64,000 nucleotides of DNA, taken from assembly GCF_036559085.1 (NCBI RefSeq), contig NZ_DATBTU010000075.1, positions 68,705-132,704 of the forward strand, given 5' to 3'. The position numbers and the translations under genes were made by a program. This stretch comes from Amnibacterium sp. (lineage in GTDB: Bacteria > Actinomycetota > Actinomycetes > Actinomycetales > Microbacteriaceae). This document shows, in pieces, positions 18,278 through 29,200 of the stretch. Each line of letters opens with the position of its first letter. Positions within the stretch are counted from its first letter, which is position 1. The notes beneath the pieces were generated by a model that saw only the letters and a program-made list of their open reading frames with translations, had not been told where the DNA came from and ran no database searches.

Positions 18278-18713
18278 CGGCGGCGCGGAGTCCGGCTCCG
18301 CCGCGGTCGAGTTCCTCACCCTCGGGGTGCTGCTGCTCGTCCCCGTCGTCTACCTGGTGCTCGTGCTGGCGACGCTGCAGGGCGCGGCCTTCGCGGCGGA
18401 GGGTGCGGCGAGGCAGGCGGCGCGCGAGCTCGTGCTGGCGCCCACGGATGCGGACGGGCGCCGTGCGGCAGCCGCGGCCGTCGAGGTCGGGCTCGTGGAC
18501 TGGCGGATCCCCGAGTCCGCAGCCGCGGTCGACGTGCGCTGCGCGCCGGACCCCGCCGACTGCCTCGTGCCGCGCGGCTCGGCGACCGTGACGGTGCGGG
18601 TCGCCGTCGCACTCCCGCTGCTGCCGCCGGCGCTTCGGCTCGGCACGCCGGGCGCCATCCCCGTCGAGGCGACGGCGGTCCAGCGCGTGTCGATGTTCGA
18701 GGTGGCGCGGTGA
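18252..18713 (+). CDS. TadE-like pseudopilin (second)
   Basis: ESGSAAVEFLTL...AAEGAARQAAR. Confidence 0.8.
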   Translation: MRRSNPLPDGGAESGSAAVEFLTLGVLLLVPVVYLVLVLATLQGAAFAAEGAARQAARELVLAPTDADGRRAAAAAVEVGLVDWRIPESAAAVDVRCAPDPADCLVPRGSATVTVRVAVALPLLPPALRLGTPGAIPVEATAVQRVSMFEVAR

Positions 18714-19138
18714 GACGCGGGGACGAGGGCTCGACGGTGCCGCTCATCCTCGTGTTCCTGATGATCGCCGCCGGCTTCGTCGTCGTGGCCGCGGGCGCGA
18801 CCGCCCTGCACCTCGAGCGGCTGCGGCTGCTCACGATCGCGGACGGCGCGGCGCTCGCCGCGGCGGAGTCGTTCCGGGTCGCCGATGCTCGGGTCAGCGG
18901 GAGCACGGTGGTGCCCTCCCTCGGCGACGCGGACGTGCGGGCGACGGCCGCCGCCTATCTCGGTGCGGCGGACACCGCCGGGCTCAGCGACCTGCGGCTC
19001 GACGAGGCGCGCACCCCCGACGGGCGGTCCGCGCTCGTCCGGCTGACCGCCACGTGGCATCCGCCGATCGCGAGCGCGCTGCTGCCGGTCTCGGTCCCCG
19101 TCACGGTGGAATCGACCGCCGCTGCGCGCTTCCGCTGA
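18710..19138 (+). CDS. TadG-related pilus assembly protein
   Basis: DEGSTVPLIL...LLTIADGAALAAA. Confidence 0.8.
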   Translation: MRRGDEGSTVPLILVFLMIAAGFVVVAAGATALHLERLRLLTIADGAALAAAESFRVADARVSGSTVVPSLGDADVRATAAAYLGAADTAGLSDLRLDEARTPDGRSALVRLTATWHPPIASALLPVSVPVTVESTAAARFR

Positions 19139-19224
19139 GGGATCCGGCGACGTTCAGCCGCTTCAGGTGATCCGCGCCGCCCGGGATGCTGGTTGCGTCG
19201 CTCCATGGACGCTGTGGAGCGAGC

Positions 19225-20406
19225 GTGAGCGCGAACGGACGCGCCGTGCTGAAGCCGGACGCACCTGCTGAGGCCGCCGAGGACGGCCCGGCCGGGAGCG
19301 AGACGCCCTCCCTGCTGCAGGTGCTGCGTCGGCCGCTCGCCGATGCCGCGTCGGTGGAGTCGGTCGGCCTCGTGGCCGGCGCAATCGTCTTCGTCGTCGG
19401 GGGCGTCACGACGTTCCTGATCGCGGACGGCCGCGACCTCCCCATCTCCGGGCCGGGCTCCGTCGGTGAGATCGTCGCGATCGGCGGCGCGATCGTCGCC
19501 GCCGTGGTCCTGGTGGCCGTCGCCCTGCTGCTCCGCAGGCGCGAGGCCCGGCTCCACGGCACGGTCCGGCCAGGGCGGCTGCGGCTCCATCCGTTGGACG
19601 CGATCGCCCTCGCGGTCGCGCACGCGATCATCGCCCTGCTCGCCTGGACGGCGATCGCGGCCGTCGTCGAGCTGTCCTTCATCGACGCCGTGGTCTTCCC
19701 GTTCTCGGCGGCCCTGCTCGCCGGCGTGGCGATGGCGGTGACCGCCTACGCCGCCTTCCTGTCCGCGGCGCACCTCAGCGCGACGTCGCTGTCGCTGGTG
19801 CTCGCCGTCTTCCTGGTCGTCGGGATGTTCGCGAGCATGCTCACCGCATCCGATCCGCACTGGTGGCAGAAGAACCTCAGCTCGCTCGGGATCACCGGAG
19901 ACGTCTCCGCGCTCGCGTTCAACCTCACCCTGATCATCGCGGGCGTGATCGTCTCGGCGATCGCGCATGCGGCGACCGTCGCGCTGCCCGACGGGACCCG
20001 GGCCGAGCGCCGGGGCAGGGCGTCGGTGCGCACGTCGCTCGTCCTGATCGGCGTCTTCCTGGCGTGCGTGGGCATCTTCAAGGCGGACGTGTTCTTCTGG
20101 GTCCACACGCTCGTCGCGGTCGGCATGCTCGTCGTCTTCGCCGTGCTGGTGGTGCGGCTGCCGCGGACCATCCCGGCGATGCCGCGCGTGTTCCGGCTCC
20201 TCGGCGACGTCTTCCTCGGCGTGATCGCGTTCCTCGCCGTGCTCTACGTGACCGGCTACTACAACCTCACCGCGGTCGAGCTGGTGTCGGCCATCCTGAT
20301 CTTCAGCTGGATCATCCTCTTCCTGCGGAACACCGGTGCCATCACGTCGGCTCCGGTGCAGGATGTCGTCGAGGGCTCGTCCGTGCCGGCGACCGGGGTC
20401 GCGTGA
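19225..20406 (+). CDS. Multi-pass membrane protein (DUF998-like C-terminal half)
   Basis: About 10 hydrophobic segments; DPHWWQKNLSSLG, FNLTLIIAG, ACVGIF, WVHTLVA. Confidence 0.7.
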   Translation: MSANGRAVLKPDAPAEAAEDGPAGSETPSLLQVLRRPLADAASVESVGLVAGAIVFVVGGVTTFLIADGRDLPISGPGSVGEIVAIGGAIVAAVVLVAVALLLRRREARLHGTVRPGRLRLHPLDAIALAVAHAIIALLAWTAIAAVVELSFIDAVVFPFSAALLAGVAMAVTAYAAFLSAAHLSATSLSLVLAVFLVVGMFASMLTASDPHWWQKNLSSLGITGDVSALAFNLTLIIAGVIVSAIAHAATVALPDGTRAERRGRASVRTSLVLIGVFLACVGIFKADVFFWVHTLVAVGMLVVFAVLVVRLPRTIPAMPRVFRLLGDVFLGVIAFLAVLYVTGYYNLTAVELVSAILIFSWIILFLRNTGAITSAPVQDVVEGSSVPATGVA

Positions 20407-20430
20407 GCACGGCGGGGTGATCCGGTCGGT

Positions 20431-20928
20431 TCAGCCCTGCGGTCCCATGACGAGCAGGCTCGAGGTCGCCGTCGCGTAGACGGTGCCCGCCTCGTCGGTG
20501 AGCACCCCTTCGGCGAACGCGACCCGGCGCCCGCGCTTCACCACGGTGCCGGTCGCCGTCACGGGACCGACCGACGGCAGCAGCGGGCGCAGGTAGCTCA
20601 CCGAGAGGTCGATGGAGGTGTAGCCGGTGCCGGCGGGCAGCGTCGTGTGCACGGCGCAGCCGACCGCCGTGTCGAGCATCGTGCAGGCGAGTCCGCCGTG
20701 GACCACGCCGAGCGGGTTGAAGAACGCCTCCCGGGGGTCGCAGCCGACGGTGATCCGGCCGTCCTCGACGTCGCTGAAGCGCATGCCGAACACCCGCGCG
20801 ATCGGTGGCGCCGGTAGGCGGCCATCGCTCATCCGGCGGAGGTACTCGATGCCGGGGAGGTCCGCGAAGCGAGGCAGCGCCTCCGCGGGATCGGTCCATT
20901 CGACGACCAGGCGGCGATCCGTGTCCAC
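20431..20928 (-). CDS. PaaI family thioesterase (hotdog fold)
   Basis: FFNPLGVVHGGLACTMLDTAVGCAV; GTVVKRGRRVAFAEG. Confidence 0.92.
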   Translation of the reverse strand: MDTDRRLVVEWTDPAEALPRFADLPGIEYLRRMSDGRLPAPPIARVFGMRFSDVEDGRITVGCDPREAFFNPLGVVHGGLACTMLDTAVGCAVHTTLPAGTGYTSIDLSVSYLRPLLPSVGPVTATGTVVKRGRRVAFAEGVLTDEAGTVYATATSSLLVMGPQG

Positions 20929-21048
20929 ACGACGACGCTAGCCGACCCGCGCCACACTTCGCGAAATGTTGCAACCGACAGGCCTCGGTTCCTGCGGCAC
21001 CCGAAGTGGGAGCGGGTGTGCGGGCCGAGGCTGACCTAGGGTCGGCTC

Positions 21049-23049
21049 GTGCCGGGGGGCGAGGAACGAGGGGGACGGCTGCGCGCTCGGACCCTGGGGA
21101 TCGCGCTCACCTTCGCCCTCCTCACGCTCGGCGCCCCGGTCGCCGCCGGGGCCGACGAGCTCCCGGCACCGGTCACGGTCGCTCCGGCCGACAGCCCGTC
21201 GCCGGACCCGGCACCCACGGTGGGCGAGCCGGCGCCGCTGCCGTCCGCGCAGGACCCGGCGCCCGCGACCGACCCGCCGACGGGCGACCCGAGCCCGACC
21301 GGCCCGCCGTCGGGTCCGGCGGCGTCGCCGACGCCTGAGCCCTCCATGATTCCGACCGAGACGCCCTCGCCTGCGCCCACCGCCTCCGCGACCCCGCCGC
21401 CGCCCGCACCGCTGCCGCTCGCGATCACCCTGCCCGCCGATCCCGTGCTCACGCTGCCGAACGGCGACGGATTCCGGGACGCCCTCACGGTGACCGCGAC
21501 CGCGCCGATCGCCGCTCCGATCACGATCACGGCCGTCCGCCTCGGAAGGACGATCACCGTCGCGAGGTCCGTCTCGACCACCCCCGACCATGGCGGGTGG
21601 TCGGCCAGGGTGCGGGTCCCGCTCGGATCCCTCGCCGCGGGCTCCTGGACGCTGCATGTCGCGCAGACCGGCCGGAACGTCGCGGCGGCGCACGTCCTTC
21701 GGGTGGGCTCCGGAGCCGTCCGGACCCTCTCGGTCACCCTGGATCGGTCGGCGTACTTCCCCAAGAGTCCCGGCGCGCCCTCGCGGGTCGGCGTGACGGT
21801 GCGGGCCGCCGACGAGACCGGCGCGGCCCTGCCGATCGCCGGCACGCTCACCGCCTCCGCCGGCCGCGCCTCCCGGACCGCGACGATCAGCCGCGTCGCT
21901 CGGGGCGCCGGGCGCGTGTCCGTCAGCGGGTTCCCGGACGGCACCGGGGTGGTGTCGGTCCGCGTCACCGGTCCGTCGGGCGCGTCGCGCACGGCCACCC
22001 GGTCGATCCACCTGGAGCCGACGCTGATCCGCAAGGTCACCGCCGCGCGCTCGTGGCCGACCGTGCAGCCCGTGATCGACGACCAGCTCGACACGGTGAC
22101 CGTCTCGGCGAGTGCGACGACGAGCTCCGGCGTCGTCGTGCCGGTGCACGGGGACATCCGGATCAGCCGCGGCGGCAGGGTCGTACGCACCTGGTCCCTG
22201 ACCTCCTCGGCGATGCGACACGGGGTCTGGGACGGTCGCGTCAAGGGCCTGATCGTCGCCGGCACCTACACCGTCACCGTGCGCGAGCGCGGCCCCGACG
22301 GCGGCACCGTGACCGCCGCGACCACCGTCTCGGTCAGCACGGCCCACCTGCCCTACCGCATCCGCGTCCTCGCGCAGCTTCGAAGCGGCAACGAGCAGGG
22401 CCTCGCGATCGGGCGGATCGGCGGCGCGACCCGCGTCTTCGCGGGCGTCGACGTCGGCGGCGGCAAGGCGCGGATCGACGAGTACGACCTCTCGGGGAAG
22501 CACATCGCCTCCTCAGCACCCCTGTCGCTCGGGCACGCCGCCGAGATCGCCGTGGGCGCGAAGGACGGCCTGCTCTACGTCGCGAACGGCAGCGCGGCGG
22601 CCCCGACGAGCATCGGGGTCGTCGACCCGATCGGATGGCGCCTCGTGCGGACGATCGACGCGGCGGCCCTCGGCGTGAACGGCATGATCGCCACCGACCC
22701 GACGCGGGGGTTCGTCGTCTTCGCGAACCTGCCCGGTGCGCCGTACACGGTGACGCCGATGGCCGCCGACGGGACCTTCGGTGCATCCGTGCCGATCCCC
22801 GATCCGGGTGGCGTGCCACAGGGGATCGAGGTCGTCGGCCACCAGTGGTGGATCTACACGAGTCTCGCGGGTGGCGGGAACCGGATCACGAAGGTCGACC
22901 CGGCGACGGGCCACAGCCTCGGGACGATCGAGCTGGCGATGCCCGGCGAGGGGGAGGGCGAGGCCATCGATGCCGCTACCGGTCGCGTCTACGTCGGCTG
23001 CCACGGCCCGAACCGCTTCGGCGTGCTCGAACGGGTGGTCGTCCGCTAG
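21049..23049 (+). CDS. Secreted protein: Pro-rich stalk, Ig/FlgD-like domains and C-terminal beta-propeller
   Basis: Signal peptide (...GAPVAAGA|DE); Pro/Thr linker; PNGDGFRD and WDGR...AGTYTVTV FlgD-Ig-like motifs; C-terminal repeats with QG/GH/EG turns. Confidence 0.7.
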   Translation: MPGGEERGGRLRARTLGIALTFALLTLGAPVAAGADELPAPVTVAPADSPSPDPAPTVGEPAPLPSAQDPAPATDPPTGDPSPTGPPSGPAASPTPEPSMIPTETPSPAPTASATPPPPAPLPLAITLPADPVLTLPNGDGFRDALTVTATAPIAAPITITAVRLGRTITVARSVSTTPDHGGWSARVRVPLGSLAAGSWTLHVAQTGRNVAAAHVLRVGSGAVRTLSVTLDRSAYFPKSPGAPSRVGVTVRAADETGAALPIAGTLTASAGRASRTATISRVARGAGRVSVSGFPDGTGVVSVRVTGPSGASRTATRSIHLEPTLIRKVTAARSWPTVQPVIDDQLDTVTVSASATTSSGVVVPVHGDIRISRGGRVVRTWSLTSSAMRHGVWDGRVKGLIVAGTYTVTVRERGPDGGTVTAATTVSVSTAHLPYRIRVLAQLRSGNEQGLAIGRIGGATRVFAGVDVGGGKARIDEYDLSGKHIASSAPLSLGHAAEIAVGAKDGLLYVANGSAAAPTSIGVVDPIGWRLVRTIDAAALGVNGMIATDPTRGFVVFANLPGAPYTVTPMAADGTFGASVPIPDPGGVPQGIEVVGHQWWIYTSLAGGGNRITKVDPATGHSLGTIELAMPGEGEGEAIDAATGRVYVGCHGPNRFGVLERVVVR

Positions 23050-24314
23050 GCCGCCCGCGTCCTCGGGATGTAGCGGGGCACCCACCTCAGGATGAGCCCG
23101 GCGCCCACGAGCCCGACCAGGCCCATCACGCCGGCGGCCGCCGCCACCGAGGCGACGGCGGTGACGCCCGCCACGACGAGGGGCGCCGCCGCGTTGCCGG
23201 CATCTCCCGTGAATCGGTAGGCGCCGAGGAACGGCGCAGGATCGTGCCGGGGCGCGAGGTCGGCGCCGAAGGTCATCAGGATGCCGCTGCCGATGCCGTT
23301 CGCGACGGCGAGGAACATCGTGATGGCGACGAACCAGGCGACCGCCGAGTGGAGCCCGGCCGTCGCGAACAGCGCGAGGTGGCCGATCGCGAGCCCGATC
23401 ATCGAGGGCAGGGCGCTCCACAGGCGGCCGAAGCGGTCCATGATCTGGCCGCTCGAGAAGAACAGGGCGAAGTCGATGGCGCCGGCGACGCCGATCACGA
23501 GCGCGATCGTCGGCTCGGGCAGGTGCAGGCTCACCCCGATGAGCGGCACGATCACCTGCCGGCTCGCCCGCAGGCCACCGATCAGGGCGGCGTTGGTCCC
23601 CATCCGGGTGAGGACGCCGCGATGCTCCACGAGGGTGCGGAACAGTCCGACGCGATCGGGCGGTGCCGGTTCCCCGACGGCGTCGACCTGGGGGCGCGCG
23701 GCGGCCGCCCGGATCGCCGACATCCGTCGGGCGGCGAGGACCTCGGTCGGGTCCGGCAGCGCGAGCAGCACCGCGCCCGCGGCGAAGCAGGCGATCGCGT
23801 CGATCCAGAACGCCGCCTGCGTGCTGCCGGCCAGCCCGATCACGGCCGCGGCGATGAAGGGGCCGACGAAGTAGCCGGCCCGGAACATCCCGCCGAGCAG
23901 CGACAGCGCCCGCGCCCGGTAGGCGAGCGGCACGAAGGAGGTCATGAAGGCCTGACGGGCGAGCGCGAACGACGCCGTCGCGATGCCGACGAGCAGCACG
24001 CCGATGGCGAGCACGAACGGGTTCGGCGACAGCAGCGCGACGACGAGGCCGAGCAGCGCCGCGGTGGCCGACCACAGCATCGCGTTCCGCTCGCCGATGC
24101 GGGCGACGATCCATCCGCTCGGCAGGTCGCCGATCAGCTGGCCGAGGGTGATGCACGCCGCGATCAGGCCGGCGAGGGCCAGCGAGGCGCCGAGGTGCAC
24201 GGCGGCGACGGGGATGATCGGGATGATCGCGCCCTCGCCGGTCGCGAACAGCAGCGACGGCAGGTAGACCGGCAGTGCGACGGATCCGAGCCGGAAGGAT
24301 TCGGTCGTCGTCAT
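23046..24314 (-). CDS. MFS transporter
   Basis: 12 hydrophobic segments; [10 protein letters not shown] and GQIMDRFGR motif-A loops. Confidence 0.9.
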   Translation of the reverse strand: MTTTESFRLGSVALPVYLPSLLFATGEGAIIPIIPVAAVHLGASLALAGLIAACITLGQLIGDLPSGWIVARIGERNAMLWSATAALLGLVVALLSPNPFVLAIGVLLVGIATASFALARQAFMTSFVPLAYRARALSLLGGMFRAGYFVGPFIAAAVIGLAGSTQAAFWIDAIACFAAGAVLLALPDPTEVLAARRMSAIRAAAARPQVDAVGEPAPPDRVGLFRTLVEHRGVLTRMGTNAALIGGLRASRQVIVPLIGVSLHLPEPTIALVIGVAGAIDFALFFSSGQIMDRFGRLWSALPSMIGLAIGHLALFATAGLHSAVAWFVAITMFLAVANGIGSGILMTFGADLAPRHDPAPFLGAYRFTGDAGNAAAPLVVAGVTAVASVAAAAGVMGLVGLVGAGLILRWVPRYIPRTRAA

Positions 24315-24387
24315 CGCCTTCGAGCCTACGCCGCGGCGGATGCGGCCCCGGCGGGGTGCGCCCGGCGCCAATAGACTGGCGGCACTC

Positions 24388-25506
24388 ATGGTGCAACTCG
24401 ATTACGCCGCCCGGCTCGCCTCGCTCAAGAGCACCCTCGACGACGTGCTGTCCGTCGTGGACCTGGACTCGCTGAAGGCTCGGATCGCGACGCTCAGCGA
24501 GCAGGCCGGGGTGCCCGACCTGTGGGACGACCCGGAGGCCGCGCAGAAGGTGACGAGCGCGCTCAGCCACGCGCAGTCGGAGCTCGCGAGGATCACCGCG
24601 GTGCAGCGGCGGCTCGACGACCTCGAGGTGCTCGTCGAGCTCGTCAACGCGGAGGAGGACGAGGGCCAGGCGGCCGAGACCGCCGCGGAGGCCGAGTCCG
24701 AGCTCGCCGGCGTGCAGGCGACCATCGACGAGCTCGAGGTCCAGACCCTGCTGAACGGCGAGTACGACCCGCGACCAGCGGTCGTCACGATCCGGGCCGG
24801 CGCCGGCGGCGTGGACGCGGCCGACTTCGCGGAGATGCTGCTGCGCATGTACCTGCGGTGGGCCGAGCAGCACAAGTATTCCGTCACGGTCATGGACACC
24901 TCCTACGCGGAGGAGGCGGGCATCAAGTCCGCCACCATCGAGGTCGACGCCCCCTACGCGTTCGGCACGCTCTCGGTCGAGGCGGGCACCCACCGGCTCG
25001 TCCGGATGAGCCCGTTCAACTCCGCCGGCAAGCGGCAGACGAGCTTCGCCGCCGTCGAGGTCATCCCGCTGCTCGAGGAGTCGAGCGTCATCGAGGTGCC
25101 GGAGAGCGACATCCGCGTCGACGTCTTCCGTTCGAGCGGCCCCGGCGGCCAGAGCGTCAACACCACCGACTCCGCTGTGCGCATCACCCACCTCCCGACG
25201 GGGATCGTCGTCTCGATGCAGAACGAGAAGAGCCAGATCCAGAACCGCGCCGCCGCCCTGCGGGTGCTGCAGTCCCGGCTGCTCATCCAGAAGCGCGAGG
25301 AGGAGGCCGCGAAGAAGAAGGAGCTGGCCGGCACCATCACCGCGAGCTGGGGCGACCAGATCCGCTCCTACGTGCTCGCTCCCTATCAGATGGTCAAGGA
25401 TCTCCGGAGCGAGTACGAGGTGAACAACCCGTCCGCCGTGTTCGACGGCGACCTGGACGGCTTCCTCTCCGCCGGCATCCGCTGGCGGAAGCGAGCGGTG
25501 GACTGA
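24388..25506 (+). CDS. prfB: Peptide chain release factor 2 (no programmed frameshift)
   Basis: SPF tripeptide (RMSPFNS), [14 protein letters not shown]; continuous ORF. Confidence 0.97.
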   Translation: MVQLDYAARLASLKSTLDDVLSVVDLDSLKARIATLSEQAGVPDLWDDPEAAQKVTSALSHAQSELARITAVQRRLDDLEVLVELVNAEEDEGQAAETAAEAESELAGVQATIDELEVQTLLNGEYDPRPAVVTIRAGAGGVDAADFAEMLLRMYLRWAEQHKYSVTVMDTSYAEEAGIKSATIEVDAPYAFGTLSVEAGTHRLVRMSPFNSAGKRQTSFAAVEVIPLLEESSVIEVPESDIRVDVFRSSGPGGQSVNTTDSAVRITHLPTGIVVSMQNEKSQIQNRAAALRVLQSRLLIQKREEEAAKKKELAGTITASWGDQIRSYVLAPYQMVKDLRSEYEVNNPSAVFDGDLDGFLSAGIRWRKRAVD

Positions 25507-25672
25507 TCAGGGGCTTTCCCGCCGTCACCACCCCGTCTCGCGTGCTCGGCCGGTCCGTCGGTCTCGCCGCTCCGACACGCCGAGGAGTAGGCTTCCCGCC
25601 ACCTCTCACACGTCCCCGATCCGGCCAGCCTGCGCGGAGCCCCCGCCGGATGTGCCTAGGCTGCCAGCCGTC

Positions 25673-27082
25673 ATGATCCGCTTCGATTCCGTCACCAAGC
25701 GCTACCGCGGTGCTCCGCGAGCCGCCCTCGACGACGTGTCCCTCGAGATCGGCAGCGGCGAGTTCGTCTTCCTCGTCGGTGCCTCCGGCAGCGGCAAGTC
25801 CAGCCTGCTGCGCCTCATGCTCCGCGAGGAGCGCCCGACGTCCGGCGAGATCCACGTGCTCGGCCAGCGGCTCACGTCCATCTCGAGCCGCAAGGTGCCG
25901 TACTTCCGTCGCAGCCTCGGGGTCGTGTTCCAGGACTTCCGGCTGCTGCCGAACAAGACCGTCTTCGACAACGTCGCCTTCACCCTGCAGGTGATCGGCA
26001 AGTCCCGCGGGTTCATCGAGTCCGCGGTGCCCGACGTGCTCGGCATGGTGGGTCTCAGCGAGAAGGCGCAGAACCTGCCGACGGAGCTGTCGGGCGGTGA
26101 GCAGCAGCGGGTCGCCATCGCCCGCGCCGTCGTGAACAAGCCGGCGATCCTGCTCGCGGACGAGCCCACCGGCAACCTCGACCCGACCACGAGCGACGAG
26201 ATCATGTCGGTGCTCGACCGGATCAACGACGCCGGCACGACCGTCGTGATGGCCACCCACGACGTGACCATCGTCGACCGGATGCAGAAGCGCGTCATCG
26301 AGCTCGTCGGCGGCCGCATCATCCGCGACGAGGAGGAGGCGACCTACGTCACCTCCTCCATCCCGATCCAGCGCCCCGCGGCGCAGGACGTGGCGCCCGG
26401 CGACACCGGTTCGCTGCCGGTCTGGGCCCGCCGCGGACGCGACCGCAAGGAGCCGCCGGTCACGACCGGGCCGACGGTCGCCCCCGGAGCACCGCCGCAG
26501 ACCGCGTGGCAGCAGCCGCCCCTCGCGGTCGCGCCGGCGGCGCCCCGCCCGGCCACCGGCCCGCAGCCCACCGTCGAGCCGCCCACAGGGCCGAGCTCGC
26601 ACGCCGTGCCGCACGAGGAGCCGGCGCGTCCGCCCGTGTGGGCGCGGTCCGACACCGGCCCGGTGCTCACCGCGACGGGTGACAGCACGCCCTGGCGGCG
26701 CCCTGAGCCGACGCCCCGCGCGACGCCCGAGGCGACGAGCCTCTTCTTCGCCGCGCCCCTGCCGCCGCGCCGCCCCGCCGACGAGGACCTGCCGGCGGCG
26801 GACCCGGGCCTCGACGCCGACGACCGGCCGCGCTTCGACCTTCGGCCCGGGCCGCGGACGGTGCAGGAGCCGACGCCGGCGGAGCGGACCGATCCGCGGA
26901 TCGCCGTGCGCCCGCGGACCGGACCCATCGACCTCGATGACACCGGCGACCCGGAGGGCCTCGCCCGCCGGGCCGGTCGGCACCGCGTGCCGCCGCTGCC
27001 GGACCATCTCGACTTCATCACCGGGCTCGGGCTGCGCGACCAGCGCCCGGCCGGTGACGAGGAAGTAGGGCCCTCCTCATGA
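25673..27082 (+). CDS. ftsE: Cell-division ATP-binding protein FtsE with a ~240-aa Pro-rich C-terminal tail
   Basis: [34 protein letters not shown]; followed by ftsX and smpB. Confidence 0.95.
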   Translation: MIRFDSVTKRYRGAPRAALDDVSLEIGSGEFVFLVGASGSGKSSLLRLMLREERPTSGEIHVLGQRLTSISSRKVPYFRRSLGVVFQDFRLLPNKTVFDNVAFTLQVIGKSRGFIESAVPDVLGMVGLSEKAQNLPTELSGGEQQRVAIARAVVNKPAILLADEPTGNLDPTTSDEIMSVLDRINDAGTTVVMATHDVTIVDRMQKRVIELVGGRIIRDEEEATYVTSSIPIQRPAAQDVAPGDTGSLPVWARRGRDRKEPPVTTGPTVAPGAPPQTAWQQPPLAVAPAAPRPATGPQPTVEPPTGPSSHAVPHEEPARPPVWARSDTGPVLTATGDSTPWRRPEPTPRATPEATSLFFAAPLPPRRPADEDLPAADPGLDADDRPRFDLRPGPRTVQEPTPAERTDPRIAVRPRTGPIDLDDTGDPEGLARRAGRHRVPPLPDHLDFITGLGLRDQRPAGDEEVGPSS

Positions 27083-27993
27083 GACTCGGACTCGTGCTCG
27101 CGGAGGCCGGCAACGGCCTGCGCCGCAACCTCTCGATGGTCGTCTCCATCGTGCTCGTCACCTTCGTCTCGCTGACGTTCGTCGGCGCCGCGGCCCTGCT
27201 GCAGCTGCAGATCGGGCAGATGAAGAACTTCTGGTACGACAAGGCCCAGGTGGCCGTCTACCTCTGCAACGGCGAGGTGCCGAGCGCCCACTGCGGCGGC
27301 GGCAGCGCGACCCCCGCGCAGATCAAGGCGATCGGCGCCGCGCTGCACGACCCGACGCTGAAGAAGTTCATCAACAAGACGTACTTCGAGGACCACCAGC
27401 AGGCGTACGACAACTTCAAGGCGCAGTTCAAGGGCAACCCGGTCGCCGACTACGTGACGCCGGACCTCCTGAACGAGGCCTACTGGGTCAACCTCAAGGA
27501 CCCGTCGCAGTCGCCGATCATCGCGCAGGCCGTGGGCGACCTGCCCGGCGTCGACGCGGTCACCGACCAGCGCCGGCTGCTCGACCAGATCTTCGCGGTG
27601 CTGAACACGGCGTCGATCACGGCGGCGAGCATCGCCGCGCTGATGCTGGTCGCCGCGGCCCTGCTGATCTCCACGACCATCCGCCTGTCGGCGTTCTCGC
27701 GGCGCCGGGAGATCGGGATCATGCGGCTCGTCGGCGCCTCGAACCGGTTCATCCAGACCCCGTTCATCCTCGAGGGCGTGCTGGCGGCCCTGATCGGGTC
27801 GGTGCTCGCGGGCGCCGCGACGGTCGGGATCGTGCAGTTCTTCGTGCAGGGCTTCCTCGCCCAGGCGCAGAAGGAGATCGCCTTCGTGACGGTGCCGGAT
27901 GCGCTGGGGGTGGTGCCGATCCTCATCGGCGTCAGCGTGCTCCTCGCGGCCGTCTCGGCGAACATCGCGATCAGCCGCTACCTCCGCGTCTAG
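27079..27993 (+). CDS. ftsX: Cell-division permease-like protein FtsX
   Basis: [34 protein letters not shown]. Confidence 0.95.
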   Translation: MRLGLVLAEAGNGLRRNLSMVVSIVLVTFVSLTFVGAAALLQLQIGQMKNFWYDKAQVAVYLCNGEVPSAHCGGGSATPAQIKAIGAALHDPTLKKFINKTYFEDHQQAYDNFKAQFKGNPVADYVTPDLLNEAYWVNLKDPSQSPIIAQAVGDLPGVDAVTDQRRLLDQIFAVLNTASITAASIAALMLVAAALLISTTIRLSAFSRRREIGIMRLVGASNRFIQTPFILEGVLAALIGSVLAGAATVGIVQFFVQGFLAQAQKEIAFVTVPDALGVVPILIGVSVLLAAVSANIAISRYLRV

Positions 27994-28080
27994 CCACGAC
28001 GTGCCCGGCTGTTCAGCGGGTGCACCGCTGTAGACTGCTGGGCTGCCCGTTCGGGCGGTACGACGACGGAGGTGGCCCGG

Positions 28081-28557
28081 ATGCCCAGGGAGCAGGGGCG
28101 CAAGGTCGTGGCCAGCAATCGGCGCGCCCGCCACGACTACACGATCGAGGACACCGTCGAGGCGGGCCTCGTTCTGACCGGCACGGAGGTCAAGTCGCTG
28201 CGCCAGGGGCGCGCGTCGCTGATCGACGGCTACGCCTTCATCGACGGCGGCGAGGCCTACCTCGACGCCGTGCACATCCCCGAGTACAACCAGGGCACCT
28301 GGACCAACCACCCGCCCCGCCGCACCCGGAAGCTGCTGCTGCACAAGCAGCAGATCCTGAAGCTCTCCAGCCGGGTGAAGGAGGGCGGCTACACCCTCGT
28401 GCCGCTGTCGCTCTACTTCAGCGACGGCAGGGCGAAGGTGGAGCTCGCGGTGGCGAAGGGCAAGCGCGAGTACGACAAGCGTCAGGCGCTGCGCGAGCGC
28501 CAGGATCGCCGCGAGGCCGAGCGGGCGATGTCCACGCGCCGGAACCTCGGCGAGTAG
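28081..28557 (+). CDS. smpB: SsrA-binding protein
   Basis: [33 protein letters not shown]. Confidence 0.97.
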   Translation: MPREQGRKVVASNRRARHDYTIEDTVEAGLVLTGTEVKSLRQGRASLIDGYAFIDGGEAYLDAVHIPEYNQGTWTNHPPRRTRKLLLHKQQILKLSSRVKEGGYTLVPLSLYFSDGRAKVELAVAKGKREYDKRQALRERQDRREAERAMSTRRNLGE

Positions 28558-28667
28558 CACCCTTCCGACTGCTCGACCCTGGGAACCCTGGGCGCTAAAT
28601 CCGTTCATCGACACCACTTCGCGGGTGTTTCGGCGTGGCCGGAGCAACCGACCGGTAGCGTCGCGGC

Positions 28668-29168
28668 GTGCCTCTCACCGCCCTCCGCGACGATCCGCTC
28701 AGCCCCGACGTCATCGCCTTCCTGGCGGAGCACCTCGCGGACATGCGGCGGATCTCGCCGCCGGAGAGCGTGCACGCGCTGGAGCCGGCGGCGCTCGCCC
28801 GCTCGGGTGCCGCGTTCTGGACCGTCCGCGAGGCGGATCGGCCGATCGGATGCGGCGCGCTCACGGCCCTCGGCGAGGACGAGGGCGAGCTGAAGTCGAT
28901 GCGGACTGCGCACACCGCGCGGGGCCGCGGCGTCGCGACCGTACTCATCGCCGCGATCGTGGCCGAGGCGAAGGCGCGCGGCTACCGCCGGCTGCTGCTG
29001 GAGACGGGCACCGAGCAGTACTTCCAGGCGGCACGGCGCCTCTACGAGCGAGCGGGCTTCCGGCAGCGCGGGCCGTTCGCCGGCTACCGCGAGGATCCGC
29101 ACAGCGCCTACTACGAGCTGGAGCTGCAGCCGGATCCGGGAATGGCCGTGCCGGCAGAACGGTTCTAG
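28668..29168 (+). CDS. GNAT family N-acetyltransferase
   Basis: PPESVHAL, ELKSMRT, RGRGVA acetyl-CoA motif, LETG, ARRLYER. Confidence 0.9.
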   Translation: MPLTALRDDPLSPDVIAFLAEHLADMRRISPPESVHALEPAALARSGAAFWTVREADRPIGCGALTALGEDEGELKSMRTAHTARGRGVATVLIAAIVAEAKARGYRRLLLETGTEQYFQAARRLYERAGFRQRGPFAGYREDPHSAYYELELQPDPGMAVPAERF

Positions 29169-29200
29169 ACTGTCGGAACCTCCACGAGGGGGTGCCTCCA

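Noticed and set aside
24388-24500. Programmed +1 frameshift in prfB
   Set aside because: The ORF is continuous with no CTT-TGA slippery site, as is usual in Actinobacteria.
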